Source: Octopus sinensis
Lineage: Eukaryota
Direction: 5' to 3'
Assembly: GCF_006345805.1 (NCBI RefSeq)
Contig: NC_043000.1
Span: 38,626,001-38,690,000 of the forward strand
DNA: 64,000 nucleotides
In this document: positions 1-14,126 of the stretch, one piece after another
Layout of the letters: each line of letters starts with the position of its first letter
Position numbering within the stretch: the first letter of the stretch is position 1
The notes under the pieces: model-generated
What the model was told of the DNA's origin: nothing
The model's database searches: none
Seen by the model: only the letters and a program-made list of their open reading frames with translations
Program-made: the position numbers and the translations under genes

Positions 1-40
1 ATTTCAACATGTGATCTCTTGAGCACCACCAGCAATAATA

Positions 41-210
41 TTTTTTTCCTCTGTCTTCCCTTCTCGGGATCTTCCTTCTCCTGTGTTCCGACGAAGAGCT
101 CCGCTCGAAACGTTAAACCCTCCTTCCCTTCTTTCCTGAGCGTCAAATAATACTTTAATGTTCCACGTCCTCGCGTGCTGTGTTTTTTTCTGTGTTTTTT
201 TTTTGGATTA
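41..210 (+). mobile_element. Short Penelope-like-derived repeat (family H1) with hammerhead-like motif
   Basis: Homologous to the reverse of 21595-21790. Contains CCGACGA-GAGC/GCTC-GAAACGTT and ends at (TA)n. Confidence 0.6.
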
Positions 211-217
211 TATATAT

Positions 218-264
<47 letters not shown>

Positions 265-293
265 ATATATATATGAAACGAGACAGACAGACA

Positions 294-536
294 GAGACAG
301 AAGTGAAAGGGGTAAAGGTGAATTTGCTGTGAGGAGTAGAATATCCAGCGTTCCGGATGTAATCCTTCGTCAGTGGGTAGAGGAAAAGAGGAGCTGAAGA
401 AAGACAAACGCTCAAAACTGTTTCCCTTTCTTCCAGCTTCTCTTTTTCTCTACACCCTGACGAAGGATTGCATGCGGAACGTTGGATATGCTACTCCTCA
501 CAGCAAATTCACCTGTAGCCCTTTCACTTCTGTCTC
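294..536. repeat. Fold-back element: ~103-bp inverted arms (294-396 / 434-536), each with a hammerhead-like motif
   Basis: The arms are reverse complements with scattered mismatches, and the element is flanked by (TA)n. Confidence 0.85.
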
Positions 537-545
537 TGTCTCTCT

Positions 546-583
<38 letters not shown>

Positions 584-920
584 CAGAGTTTACGAAAAAA
601 ACAAAAGACGAAGACAGGTGGTGTACAAAACAAACATATTAATATAACGCTATATATGTAATGGAAGGACTGTTTTAACGTAGTCGCATTTTGTTCCAAC
701 CTTCGAAAACGCGGAATAGATAAAACGCGGTGGGGGGGGGGCAACTGATGAAAAGATACTTCTTTATGTTGCCTGTCTCGTTTCTGTATTTGTTTCATTC
801 GTTGTCAGAAACGAATTTTTTAATGAACTCTTTTTTCTTTTTGTTCACGTCTTTTTGACGTCCTGTACCCCTTTCACTTCTTTCTATATTTACAAACACA
901 CACACACACATATATATATA

Positions 921-963
<43 letters not shown>

Positions 964-977
964 ATATATATAATATA

Positions 978-1014
<37 letters not shown>

Positions 1015-1200
1015 AAGCGTTGGTTTATAGAACAAACATTAAATTTGGGTCGACGACGTTACACGCAACACTCAACACCACCCCTCAAACATTTAATCGT
1101 ATATGGTTTTCAAACACAAAAAATAATACATACACATAAAATCCCAGAAGGTAAAAATGTATAATCGAATAAAATACAAATAGAACGGCCTAGCAAAAAC

Positions 1201-1234
<34 letters not shown>

Positions 1235-1389
1235 TGTATGTATGTATGCATGTATGTATGTATGTATGCATGTATGCATGCATGTATGTATATATGTATG
1301 TATGTATGTATATATGCATATATGTATGTATATATGTATGTATGTATTATGTATATATATGTATGTATGTATGTATATATGTATGTATG

Positions 1390-1423
<34 letters not shown>

Positions 1424-1473
1424 TATATGTATGTATGTATATATGTATGTATGCATGTATATATGTATGCATG

Positions 1474-1505
<32 letters not shown>

Positions 1506-1620
1506 TGTATATATGTATGTATGTATGCATGTATATATGTATGCATGTATATATGTATGTATGTATGTATGTAATATGTATGTATGTATGAATGTATGTA
1601 TGTATGTATGTACGTATGTG
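1201..1620. repeat. (TATG)n compound microsatellite (similar: 47960-48402, 55790-55910, 20435-20530)
   Basis: Direct inspection. Source of the YVCM/HTYI ORFs. Confidence 0.97.
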
Positions 1621-1944
1621 TGAGAAGGCGCGTATTTTAGTGTTTAGGCGTGTTGCACTCACAAATATGTGATCGTGGTTTAGAATTCTAAACCCGCTGC
1701 TCGTTGTGTTCTTGAGCAAAACATTTTATTTCACATTAGTCCAGTCCACTCAGCTGCAAATGGGTCACCACCCTGTGACAGACTGGTCTCCCGATCAATG
1801 GTTAATGTTTGGCTGCTTATCTGGCCAGCGTGGTGGGGTGGCATTATTCAAAATTTAAAACGATGCAAAGTGCGCTGTGATCAGCGACGCGTAACAACAT
1901 CCAGTAATCTGCTCGATCACTTGATAAATATATTATTCTTTTAT

Positions 1945-2480
1945 TCTTTTATTTGTTTCAGTCGTTTGACTGAGGCCATAATGGAGCACCACCTTTAGTC
2001 AAACAAACCCACCCTAGGACTTATTCTTTGTAAGCCTAGTACCTATTCTATCGGTGTTTTTTGCCAAACTGCTAAATTACGGGGACGTAAACACACCAAC
2101 ATATACATACATATACCCACACACACAAATATAGACACACACACACACATATAAACACATATTCGATGGGCTTCTCTCAGTTTCCGTCTACCAAATCCAC
2201 TCACAAGGATTGTGACGTCAAAAGTCGTATATATGTATATGTATATATATATGTGCGTGTGTGTGTGTGTGTTTGTGTCTGCGTTTGTGCCCCCAACATC
2301 GCTTGACAACCGATGCTGGTGTGTTTACATCCCCGTAACTTAGTGGTTCGGCAAAAAAGACCGATAGAATAAGTACTAGGCTTACAAAGAATAAGTCCTG
2401 GGTAGATTTGCTCGACTAAAGGCGGTGCTCCAGCATGACCGCAGTCAAATGACTGAAACAAGTATAAGAGTAAAGAGTAA
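1945..2480. mobile_element. SINE B fragments in opposite orientations (1945-2215 minus; 2255-2480 plus)
   Basis: Matches to the B body on both strands. Confidence 0.75.
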
Positions 2481-2510
2481 AAGAGAGATATATATAATGT
2501 GGAAACAAAC

Positions 2511-2609
2511 CTGATGAAAAGTTCAAGTTTTGCCAATCGGCTTGATCGACTAGTCTGGTAAAATGCACCGATTGGCCAAACGATATTAGCACGAAAATGC
2601 TTTGAAGTT
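2511..2609 (-). CDS. Weak candidate downstream GAIN exon
   Basis: gtttag acceptor, CAG|gtttgt donor, 99 nt open (ELQSIFVLISFGQSVHFTRLVDQADWQNLNFSS) with a W.NL motif like GAIN helices. It is phase 1-1, so it needs an intervening phase 0-1 exon that I could not find. Confidence 0.25.
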
Positions 2610-3002
2610 CTAAACTTGTATTGTGTCTACTTTGTTGTTTAGAAAACAAGCCAGAAATGATTGAAGATGCCAATGGTTAAACATATTCCAACCACCACAA
2701 TATCATCTTATGTTCAGGATTTTTATCTTAATCTATGAACATAAATCTGCTTCTATTTTTTCTTTTGTTTATGAGAAGTCAGGGCGTGATTTCTGAGTTA
2801 TTTCACTGTTATTTCAAGCAACGCCGACGATCACATATACCCACTCTCACCGTCTTTTATATTAGCATAGTAACATATCGATTAGATGTTTATGAAATCA
2901 ATGAAAGTTCACGCACCTTATTAAGACAATCGAAGAAGGCCCAAATATTTTGTGTGTCTATATATATATATACATGTGTGTGTGTTTGTGTGTGTGTGTG
3001 TG

Positions 3003-3035
<33 letters not shown>

Positions 3036-3777
3036 ATACTATGACACAGTAATAACATGTTGTACAGAATTACTGATAAATTACAACTAAACATAGTTAG
3101 ACAATAACAGAATCATTAATTATATAAGAGAGCGCCCCCTGTATAATTAGAAAGGTCAAATTTCTCATATTATTCAAATCATTCGGGTTGCTGTATAATT
3201 TATTAAAAACATAAATGAATCCCAACCAAATACCTCTGTCTGGTGTCAATGTAACATAATTTTGTAGATGTACTGAATATTATATATTAATATCTAATGC
3301 ACATTCTGAAATTTTTTCAGTGGAAACTTAGCGAGACACACCTTAATATCGTGAGACTTTACTTGTGCCTTCGTTCTCCGTCATTTACTTATCTCCATAA
3401 CCTGTAACCGACACGCACACATTTCTCCATCTTCCTTCCATCCTCTTTCTCTCTCTTTTTCTCTCACACACTGGAGTCGATGTAATCGACTTAATCCCTT
3501 TGTCTGTCCTTATTTGTCCCCTCTGTGTTTAGCCTCTTGTGGGCAATAAAGAAATTCCAGTGTTTACATAGACGTATTCGTATACGAAACGTCGTGACTT
3601 TCAGTGCAGGCTCTGAATTCTGTAGAAAGTCTATAGAGATCACTTTTAAAAAGTGATGGAATCGCACTGCTAACATGGTAGGAATTGTAAAGCCTTTGAT
3701 ATGCTTGCATAACGAAATACCGTGTATCTACTAGCAATCTCAACTGATGTATAGTCGAGCAAATCGATCCCAGGACT

Positions 3778-4202
3778 TCCCACATGATTCCGGGTTCAAT
3801 CCTGCTGCGTGGCACCTTAGGCAAGTGTCTTCTACTATAGCCTCGGGCCGACTAAAGTCTTGTTAGTAGATTTGGTAGACGGAAACTGGAAGAAGCTCGT
3901 CGTATATATGTATATATATATTATGTGTGTGTATATGTTTGTGTGCCTGTGTTTGTCCCCCCAACATCGCTTGACAACCGATGCTGATTGGTTTGCTTTC
4001 CTGTAACCTAGCGATTCGGCAAAAGACACCGATAGAGTAAGTACTAGGCTTACAAAGAATATATATATATATACATATACGTATATATGACTGGCTACTT
4101 TCAGTTTCTGTCTACCAAATCCACTCACAGGGCTTAGTAGAGGCTATAGTAGAAGACACGGTTGGTAAGCAAGCTTCTTACCGCACAGCTACTCCTGCGC
4201 CT
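3778..4202. mobile_element. SINE B copies: 3778-4059 plus, 4090-4202 minus
   Basis: Box B and CORE-like motifs on both strands. Confidence 0.8.
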
Positions 4203-4363
4203 ATACATACATACATACATACATACATACATACATGCATACATAGATACATACACACACACACACATATATATACATACATACACACACTGCATACATA
4301 CATACATACACACACACACACATATATATACATACATACACACACATGCATACATACATACAT

Positions 4364-4400
<37 letters not shown>

Positions 4401-4797
4401 CTCATACATGCATACATACATAGATGCATACGTACACACATGTAAATACATGGAAACATATATATACATGCACACACGCACACATATATGCATACGCATG
4501 TAGAAATATGTATGTATAAAATCAGCGTTAATGCTTTGCCTGTGTATGGCAAGGGCAACCATGTCATACGCAACTTTCTTTAGTTCACACATCACCACTT
4601 GTTATGCTTTCGCTAATTCTTAATCTATGCATTTTTTTTCACTCGCCAACTGTACAATATGCATGCCTATATCTATAGTTATCTGTGTATTTATCTATAT
4701 CTACCTATCCATCTATCAATTTATCTACTCATCAACATATACTTACAAACATTCATACATATATATATGTGTGTGTATGTATGCAGACACACAAAAA

Positions 4798-4865
<68 letters not shown>

Positions 4866-4918
4866 CATCTTCAATCTCTTCTCTCTCTCTCTCTCTCTCT
4901 CCTCTCTGTAATATTATA

Positions 4919-4960
<42 letters not shown>

Positions 4961-5929
4961 ATATATGTACATGTATGTATGTAATATATCAATTCCCTTC
5001 GGAAAAATAGGTCTGGAAGTCGCAAACATCACGGCAATATATCGATTCTTCATGCACAATAAATGCTCAATAGAAAACCAAAAGAAAAACTGCTGTAATG
5101 TGTGTCTGAAAGTAAGTGAGAAATGTGGAGTAATAGCGTGAATCGTCAATTATAGAAAGTATCGTGACTTCTATAAACTGACACAGATCAAACCATTCCT
5201 TCATTTTCAGATTGTTTTATTAAGCTTTCAATCTCATAGAAAAGAAATCCACTTTGACACATCCAAATAGCATAATATTAAAAAACGAAATTGCTTGCTA
5301 ATAGATTTTTGCATCTGATTGATTGCCTTTTCTGGCAGCCAAGGAAGTAGTCTTCGCCTGCTAAAAGTTACTGGCATTCGTCGGTTAAGACGTCGAAAGT
5401 TCCAGTTGATCCGATTAACGGAACAGTCTGCTAGCGAAATTAATATACGTGTTGCTGAGCACTCCACAGACACTTGTACACTTAACGCTGTTCTAAAAGA
5501 GATTCAGCGTGACACAGAATATGATAATCCTGGCCCATTTGTTGTCAGCTGGAAGGATTACAGCAACATGAAATATAGTGTCTGTCTCAAGGGCAGAACG
5601 TGCCGCCGGCAATCGAACTCATGACGTTACAATCGTTAACCGACTTCTCCTCACCTCTAAGCCATGCGCATTCATCTGCTACAAATATCAGCTGGTTATC
5701 TTACAAATTACACTGTACCATTTCAACCAATGGACAGAATGATTAAAATTGATTACATGTAAGATTATACTGTATCGTTTGAAACAATGAACGGATTGTT
5801 TGATTCAAAACTATATGACTATGTACAGATAAATATGTGTCATGGCCATACTCAGAAGGCCTTTCATTTAACTTTACAATTGACTCAGGATAAACACTCT
5901 TCCTAGCTTTTGGTACAAATCAGACATTT

Positions 5930-6670
5930 TCAAATAATTACCTTGACACCAAGTACTGAACTGGTACTTATTTTATCGAACCAGAAACGATTAAAAGCAA
6001 AATTGATATCTCGGTGGGAGTTGAACCCAGAACGTAATAAATCAGTAGAAATGCCGCTAAGCATTTTGTCCGACGCACAAACGATTCTACACCACAGAAA
6101 TATGAATAGAAATATACAGAAATTGAAAAAATATTGGTTTCGATTATATCCACCCCACTGGTCATCTGGTCCTTATTTTATTTAGCCCGAAATGGTGAAA
6201 CGCAAAGTTGCAGCAGCATTTGAACCTAAGGACGGACGAAATGCCGCTTAGTATTCGACTCATCGTGCTAACTACTTTGCCAGCTCGCGGCCATAACAGT
6301 TTGAAAACTATTGGCTTCAAATATTGGTACAAGACCAGCATCTTCGGGGATGGGTAAGTAGTTTACATGGACCCTAGTGCTCAATTGGTACTTGTTTTAT
6401 CGACCGAGAAAGTGTAAAGGTCAAAAATCTACCTCGGTAAAGACGTAAAGACGGAAGAAATGCCGCGAAGCAGTCTGCCAGGCGCAGTAATGATTCTGTC
6501 AGTTCACCGCCTTACACAATTTGAAAATAGTCTTTTCTTTTCTACTAAATTTTGGGGGAGGGAGCCGATCAATTAGATCGACCCCAGTACGCAACTGGTA
6601 CTTAATTTATCGACCCCGAAAAGATGAAAGGCCAAGCCGACCTGGGCGGAATTTGCACTCAGTTTGAAAA
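5930..6670 (-). mobile_element. Cluster of diverged SINE A copies (other minus copies ~11680-11870, 24990-25190, 26330-26480, 27435-27640)
   Basis: Reverse matches such as ctggtacttaatttatcgaccccgaaaagatgaaaggc. Confidence 0.75.
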
Positions 6671-6867
6671 TATTGAGAGGGTTTTCCTGTTTACAAGATG
6701 GAGTTTCTGGCAAATACTTTGATTTAAATTGAACACACAGGAAGTAATGCAAAAATATCTAAACACATTAAAAGAAAATTGCATCATGTATTCCTGGAAA
6801 AATACCGGTAAGTATAACTGATTCTGTGTTTAAATGTACGCTAATATACTTTCGAGAATGTACTTAC

Positions 6868-7020
6868 CTGTGTCTCGACCAACATACCAAGCAGATCGAT
6901 AATGGTTGCTATATCGATTGGGTTTGTGTATGAATTGAACTTGGTATGGTTATTCAGTTTATCTGCTAACTCAAGAATTGACACTTCCGCTACAACAGGT
7001 CTCCTCAAAGCTGATTTGAA
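6868..7020 (-). CDS. Adhesion GPCR exon: GAIN subdomain A helices
   Basis: Acceptor gtttcttttctgttctgcag, donor CAG|gtaagt, 153 nt, phase 0-0. Encodes FKSALRRPVVAEVSILELADKLNNHTKFNSYTNPIDIATIIDLLGMLVETQ, resembling the ELA..T....GDI...V..L..L...Q helices that follow HRM in latrophilin/CELSR. Confidence 0.85.
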
Positions 7021-7153
7021 CTGCAGAACAGAAAAGAAACAGAAAATCGAAAACGAAGTTTTAAAAAATTTGCATGTTTTAAGGAATACAAATATATGCA
7101 CCGATACACCATTTAATTTAAAGTTCCGTTAGGCATGTATGTATATTTGAATG

Positions 7154-7187
<34 letters not shown>

Positions 7188-7465
7188 TGTATGTATGTAT
7201 GTATGTATGTATGTATGATGTAGCATGTGTGTGTAAGAAACTGATGGTAAGAAACTGATTATATAACTTTACGCTCATCAGTGTTGGAAAGGAATATGGC
7301 GACTGATCTCTGTTATCGGAGTTGGATGAGCACAACTGGTAAGCGGCTGCTGTGAAAAAGATGGCGGAACGAAAATGGGGCCAGGGAAATAGTTTAAGAC
7401 CTATGTGCCTTGGCTGGGTATGCTGGAAAGCGATCCGAGTGTATATATATATATATATATATATC

Positions 7466-7514
<49 letters not shown>

Positions 7515-8625
7515 TGTTGTATGACGGAATCGCCCGTCGAAGTTTGAGTGTTAGATTTTTGCTGAACGATCTGCACAAATGATTTGTTTATAGTGATCAA
7601 ATGCGTGTGCTGTACATTATCTACTCCCAGGTTCCCAGGTGTGCAACTCGCCATATGTCGTAATGCACTCAGAGCGACATAACAGGCAGTGCTTTGTCGA
7701 ATAACACAACGCGCCGTTCTTTCCGAGAATCGAAACATCTATCTAGCGGTCATCAGTGCAACAACCTAAATGTATATGTGTGCGTGTGCGTCTGTGTGTG
7801 TGCGTATGTTTGTGCGAGTATATGTATATGCATATATATCTATAAAATATATATATTATATATAAATATATATATATATATATTTGCATATATGCATATA
7901 TATGTGTATATATACATGTATATACATAAAACTATAAAGCTATATATATACATCTGGGATTCTTTATTCTATCTGTTTACAAAGTAAACAATAATGATAG
8001 GTTGAATGAAATATAATCGAAATTACAACTGAGAAATTTAAAACGAAGAAGAAATGGACAAAATATGAGAAATTTAGAAACAGCAAGATTGTTCTAGAAA
8101 GAATGACATGATAACAATAAGAAAACTGAATAGACGCTAGAAAATGAAAACAAGAAACTCAATCAAGAACACCCGACACACAGAAGAACGGGAAAGAAAA
8201 CTCTATATATTTTACATATTCGATATTTTATTAAATATATACTCACACACAGTCAACCGGAAATTTTATTTCGAGCAAAAATAAAATATATGACTAAAAA
8301 ATAGCAAGACACCATTTGTGTGCTGTTGTTACGGCGGGGTTGTGATTATTGATTGGATATAAAATCAATTAGAAGTGGCCAACGAAGATTTTCCTCTCAA
8401 AAGAATAACTGAGACACAACATTATAGGAAAGAAATAAGTTTTAATTTGATCGTCTGTTGGAAAGTGTCTGTTATATATTATATATATTTAAGAAATTTC
8501 TGATTTTTTTTTTTACTACAGAATACACAAATATATAAGTGTATATGATCGACGAGCGAGTGTGTATATGTATATTTATTATCTTTGCACATGCATATAT
8601 ATATATATATGCATTATATACATAC

Positions 8626-8708
<83 letters not shown>

Positions 8709-9094
8709 TATATACATCCATGTAAATATGACGCACACAAAATATGCATATATAGAAGCATCTATGTATGCATAAATGTATATACATATGTGTATACACA
8801 TATACGTATATATATATATATATTATATATAATATACTAAGAGAGAGTAAGAGAGACAGAGACTGTTACAAAGATTATTAAAGATAGATAGATACATAAA
8901 GAGATAATAGACCCTAAAATAAGTATATATATATATATATACATATATGTATATATATGTATATATGGTATATATATATGTATATAATATGTATATATAT
9001 ATATATATATGTATATATATAATATATATATATATATGATTGATTGATTGATTCTAGTTTCAGCTTATGAGCTGTGGCCATGCGGGCACCGCCA

Positions 9095-9169
<75 letters not shown>

Positions 9170-9616
9170 GTTTATATATATTGAAAGATAGATGCATGCT
9201 ACATATATGCATACATAGATGTGTCTATTTGAATGTACGTATGTTTATGTATGTTCGTATAAATGTACGTAGCACACACACACATACACACGCATACACA
9301 TGCACACACGTTCATATACGCACATACAAACACATGTGTTCATGTGTTTATGAATATATATTATATATATATATATATATATACAAATGCAGAGTGATGC
9401 ATACTTACATACATACATGCAAATATATCAAGAATCATATTAAGATATACACACACACACAGACACACACACACACACACACACACGTATATATATTTGT
9501 GTAAGTGCATGTTTTCCGTTTCTGCGTCCTGTTTTCGCATATGTGCATTTCTATGTAATTTATATATAAGCGCTTGCGCATGCATGTGCGTGTGTGTGTT
9601 TGTGCCTCTGTGTGTG

Positions 9617-9698
<82 letters not shown>

Positions 9699-9869
9699 TG
9701 CGTTTCTGTATGTGAGTGTGTTATTTGCAGTGTTTCTGTGTGTAAACACTAATGTTTTTCTCAAGGGCAGAGGATTTATTTAAATAAATTTTTTACACAT
9801 CGTTACCACCGAATAATTGCTTTCAGAATCAATGCAGAAACCAACATTCACCATACACAGATATATATG

Positions 9870-9919
<50 letters not shown>

Positions 9920-10114
9920 AATATATATGTATATATATATATATAAACACATATAAGCACACGACTACACACATGCGTACACAGACATGCATGCAAACTT
10001 GCTCATACTCACAAACACACATACACAAACACACACACACGCAGACACACACATGCATGCACACATGCTCATGCACATAAAAGCACACACATGTATATGT
10101 TTGTACACACATAC

Positions 10115-10164
<50 letters not shown>

Positions 10165-10661
10165 ACACACAATGAAGCAAAAACTGTAAATTAGTATATT
10201 ATTGGAAATAATGCATACTAGAATCTATAACAATATTTCAAAAACGTAATCTCGTCTTTGGATGCTCGCAACGTTCCCATATATGCATAAATATATATAT
10301 ATATACACATATACATACATATAAATTGTGTCTACGTTGATGTATGTAGAAACTACTATGGAAGCCGCTTCCTTGCAAGTTCTATAAACGTCAGGAAATT
10401 CAAGGATGCTGTCTTTTATTTATGGTTCAGCAATTACGAAACACAAGTTTTGTAGATCAATACGCTCTCTCTCAATGCTTTCTATCTGAAATCCACTTTG
10501 AGCCTAGCAAACCGTGCAATTTTAGACAATTTCACACAGACTTGAACAAATTCGCCGTTTTTTTCTCTCTCTTTCTCCATTTCTTGGAGCTTTTTAATTT
10601 CCTCTTATTTGAGTTATACATATTCCTGTATCTGCATGCACGTCTATACATACCTATATAC

Positions 10662-10753
<92 letters not shown>

Positions 10754-12253
10754 TTACACACACATACATATCAATGTAACAACATCGGTGGATTCCTTGT
10801 TTAAGCATGGAGAATTTGCTGTGAGGTTTAGTGCGTTCATAATATTCTCGAGAGTTCTGAAAGCCGTAAGTAAATTGATTTTAACTCTTATTCCAAACCA
10901 AATCATGTACCAGACCTGAAGAGCTCTTCTTTATATACTGAGCCACTTACCACACTGAAAAGCGCACAAAATCATGCACAAACTCGCACACTCATGCACG
11001 GTCACACACGCCCTCCACGCAACACACACACACACACACACAAACACACAGTAACATCTAATATTTCTTGAATCATTACTCAGAGTTTTCTGCAGCTGAT
11101 TTTTACAGTGAGTGAAGAAAGATAAGCAGCGTGACAATATACAGAGAAAAACATTCAGAAACACTTCAAAATATGATCAATTTTTTAATATTCGTTGGTT
11201 GCAAAATGGAAAACAAAAAAATTGATAGAAAAAACATGACATATTCAGGTATTACACCACGCCATGCAGAACACGTAATATATTTATATATTAAAGGTTT
11301 GTCTCCGAATACATTGCTTGTATACATCTGATGTTTCGATAGGAAACGTAGCATTTTTCCCACGGTGCTAACGAGTCTGTCACCAGGCTACTTTTATTAT
11401 TATTAATATTAACACCCAGAGAATATTACCAATTCCATAATGGTTTGTTGCATTGTTAGCAGTAATGTTAAGCAGTAACTCTAAACTGCCTCACGGTGGT
11501 GTTCGAACTACAACAAAGCCGTGTTTATAAATAGAAACGCAGTCGAGTAACATCAGTTGGTATGCTTCTTCAACTCGTGTGATTGATGATGATTGATGAT
11601 GCTTAAAACTTCTAATATTCCTTAGAGACACAGATCCCAAGCCATGGCAACCCTATCGTGCATTCACATATTGTTAATCTTTTCTACTCTAGGCACAGGA
11701 CCCGAAATTTTAGGGGAGGGGGCCAGTTGATTAGATCGACACTAGTACGCAAGTGGTACTTAATTTATCGATGCCGAAAGTATGAAGGGCAAAGCCGACC
11801 TCGGCGGAATTTGAACACAGGACGTAACGGCTGACAAAATACCACTAAGCACTTTACCCGGCGTGCTCGCAGCCCTCACATATTGTTAAAGCAGCAGGCA
11901 TTATGAACTTGTGAATGTTGAATATACTTCGTAGCATATAATGACTGTAAGACGAAATAAGGTGTCCCAACCAGCAATTATTATGAACGTATTTAATATG
12001 TAAAACTCGTCTACCCAGCAGTGTTACACCATTAAAATTAGCGCGGCCTTTTAAGGTATGTTTACGTGAATAGTTAATGGATTGAATGTATTGCTGGAGA
12101 AGAAGCAATGTCTCCTGAAATATATATATATACACCCACTGCGTATTCTCTGTCTTCGACTGCGTTGTTTGCATATACGTATTCGTATACGTCTATGTCT
12201 CCAAACGCTATAGAAAATTTCTAGAGATGCACTGGCAGAAACTAATACGATTA

Positions 12254-12490
12254 AGGCGGCGAGCTGGCAGAAAAGTTAGCAAGCCAGGCGAAATGCGTAG
12301 CCGTATTTCGTCTGCCGTTACGTTCTGAGCTCAAATTCCGCCGAGGTCGGATTTGCCTTTCATCCTTTCGGGGTCGATAAATTAAGTACCAGTTACGCAC
12401 TGGAGTCGATGTGATCGACTTAATCCCTTCGTCTGTCCTTGTATGCCCCCTCTATGTTTAGTTCCTTGTGGGTAATAAAGAAATAAGAAA
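12254..12490 (+). mobile_element. SINE family A monomer (other plus copies ~48876-49115, 52460-52692, 56840-57050, 59220-59400, 62655-63090)
   Basis: Same head and body motifs. Confidence 0.85.
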
Positions 12491-12699
12491 CTAATACTAT
12501 CCCAATCGTTGTTATACTTCTTCATATGATATGGTATGGTTTCAGACACGTCCGGAGTTTCTCTGCACTGATCGCGAGGAATGCAAGCCTATCTTTTACT
12601 TGTTTCGGCCACAGGACTGCACTGCAGCCTTGCTGGAGCACCACTTCAAAGAATGTTTAGTCGAACGAAATCTGAGTAATTTACTCTTCTTAATTACTC

Positions 12700-13592
12700 C
12701 TCTTCATAAAAATAAATCACCTTCTACTAAACCTATGAAAACCTTTCTTCTTGATTAGTCCTCTTCCAGTTTTCCTATTATATATATTTGACCCCTAATA
12801 TATTCACTTGATTAATAAGACTTTTGTCCTCAGTTAATGAGTATTATGCCTACTCATAATAAGTGATAGATTTTTCTCCAAAATGAATACATTTTAGATT
12901 TTTAATTTCCCCTTTAATCCAACGTATCAAAATATTCAAAATCTACCGGCTAAGTATAAAGTTGATGTATATAAGTTAAGAAGAATCTCTGTATTCTCTA
13001 TAAGTGATCAGTGTGACCATTTGACATTGACCTAGTTTTCCTAATACAAAATGGGTTTGGCAAATAGTAGTAAACAGCCTCTGTAGCATTACAACCCTCT
13101 CTCTACCTTAATTTCTTTATATAGAACTTTGACATCTATTTCTCTCCTATTTCTATAAATAGAAAATCTTTCTTGTCTCCTTTCAATTCATCATTCTTCC
13201 CAAACCTTTTAGCAGTTCAAAACAACTGAATATTCTGAATATTCTTCAGTCACTTGATAAATTCTACTATCTTAATGTTCTTAAATTTAAATCGATATCT
13301 TTGTCTATATATCTACCTTCTCTATAATGTTATCAACTGATATGAAAATTATGGATTAATGGAAAACCTCTATTAATGGCTGATGATTGCTCAATATTTT
13401 AAAACTCTTTTAATACTTACAACACTTAATAAAATGATGTAGCGTGAAACGATCGTACCAAATTACCGAAGTTATTCTTGTTGCTTATTTTGATTATAAT
13501 CACCCCATGGATTTATATGGATAACACCATACAAAATTCTGGTGCATCTAACTTAGGTACCATATTCATTTGAATCTAAATTTTGCTGAACT
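12700..13592 (+). mobile_element. ~900-bp AT-rich repeat (family H3) with hammerhead-like motif at 13376-13461
   Basis: Homologous to the reverse of 63126-63790. CTGATGA...GAAACGATCGTA. Ends at (TA)n, immediately followed by a SINE. Confidence 0.7.
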
Positions 13593-13621
13593 TATTTATA
13601 TATATATATATATATATATCT

Positions 13622-14040
13622 TTCTCTTTCTCTTTCTCTTTTAGTTGTTTCAGTCATTTGACTGCGGCCATGCTGGAGCACCGCCTTTAGTCGAGCAAAT
13701 CGACCCCGGGACTTATTCTTTGTAAGCCCAGTACTTATTCTATCGGTCTCTTTTGCCGAACCGCTAAGTGACGGGGACGTAAACACACCAGCATCGGTTG
13801 TCAAGCAATGCTAGAGGGACAAACACAGACACACAAACATATACACACACATACATACACATATATATACATATATACGACAGGCTTCTTTCAGTTTCCG
13901 TCTACCAAATCCACTCACAAGGCTTTGGTCGGCCCGAGGCTATAGCAGAAGACACTTGCCCAAGATGCCACGCAGTGGGACTGAACCCAGAACCATGTGG
14001 TTGGTAGGCAAGCTACTTACCACACAGCCACTCCTGCGCC
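13622..14040 (-). mobile_element. SINE family B, full length (tRNA-like head + CORE-like segment + internal microsatellite + 3' body)
   Basis: Box A tggctgtgtgg, box B gggttcagtccc, ccttgggcaagtgtcttc. Nearly identical to 52695-53107. Confidence 0.9.
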
Positions 14041-14052
14041 ATATACATATAT

Positions 14053-14126
<74 letters not shown>

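Noticed and set aside
740-880. caaCTGATGAa repeat family (also 24700-24830 minus) as a hammerhead
   Set aside because: There is no stem II/GAAA/NUH following the CUGAUGA.
10910-10945. CTGAAGA-GCTC...GAGC partial hammerhead
   Set aside because: The GAAAC half is absent, so it is at most a truncated relic.
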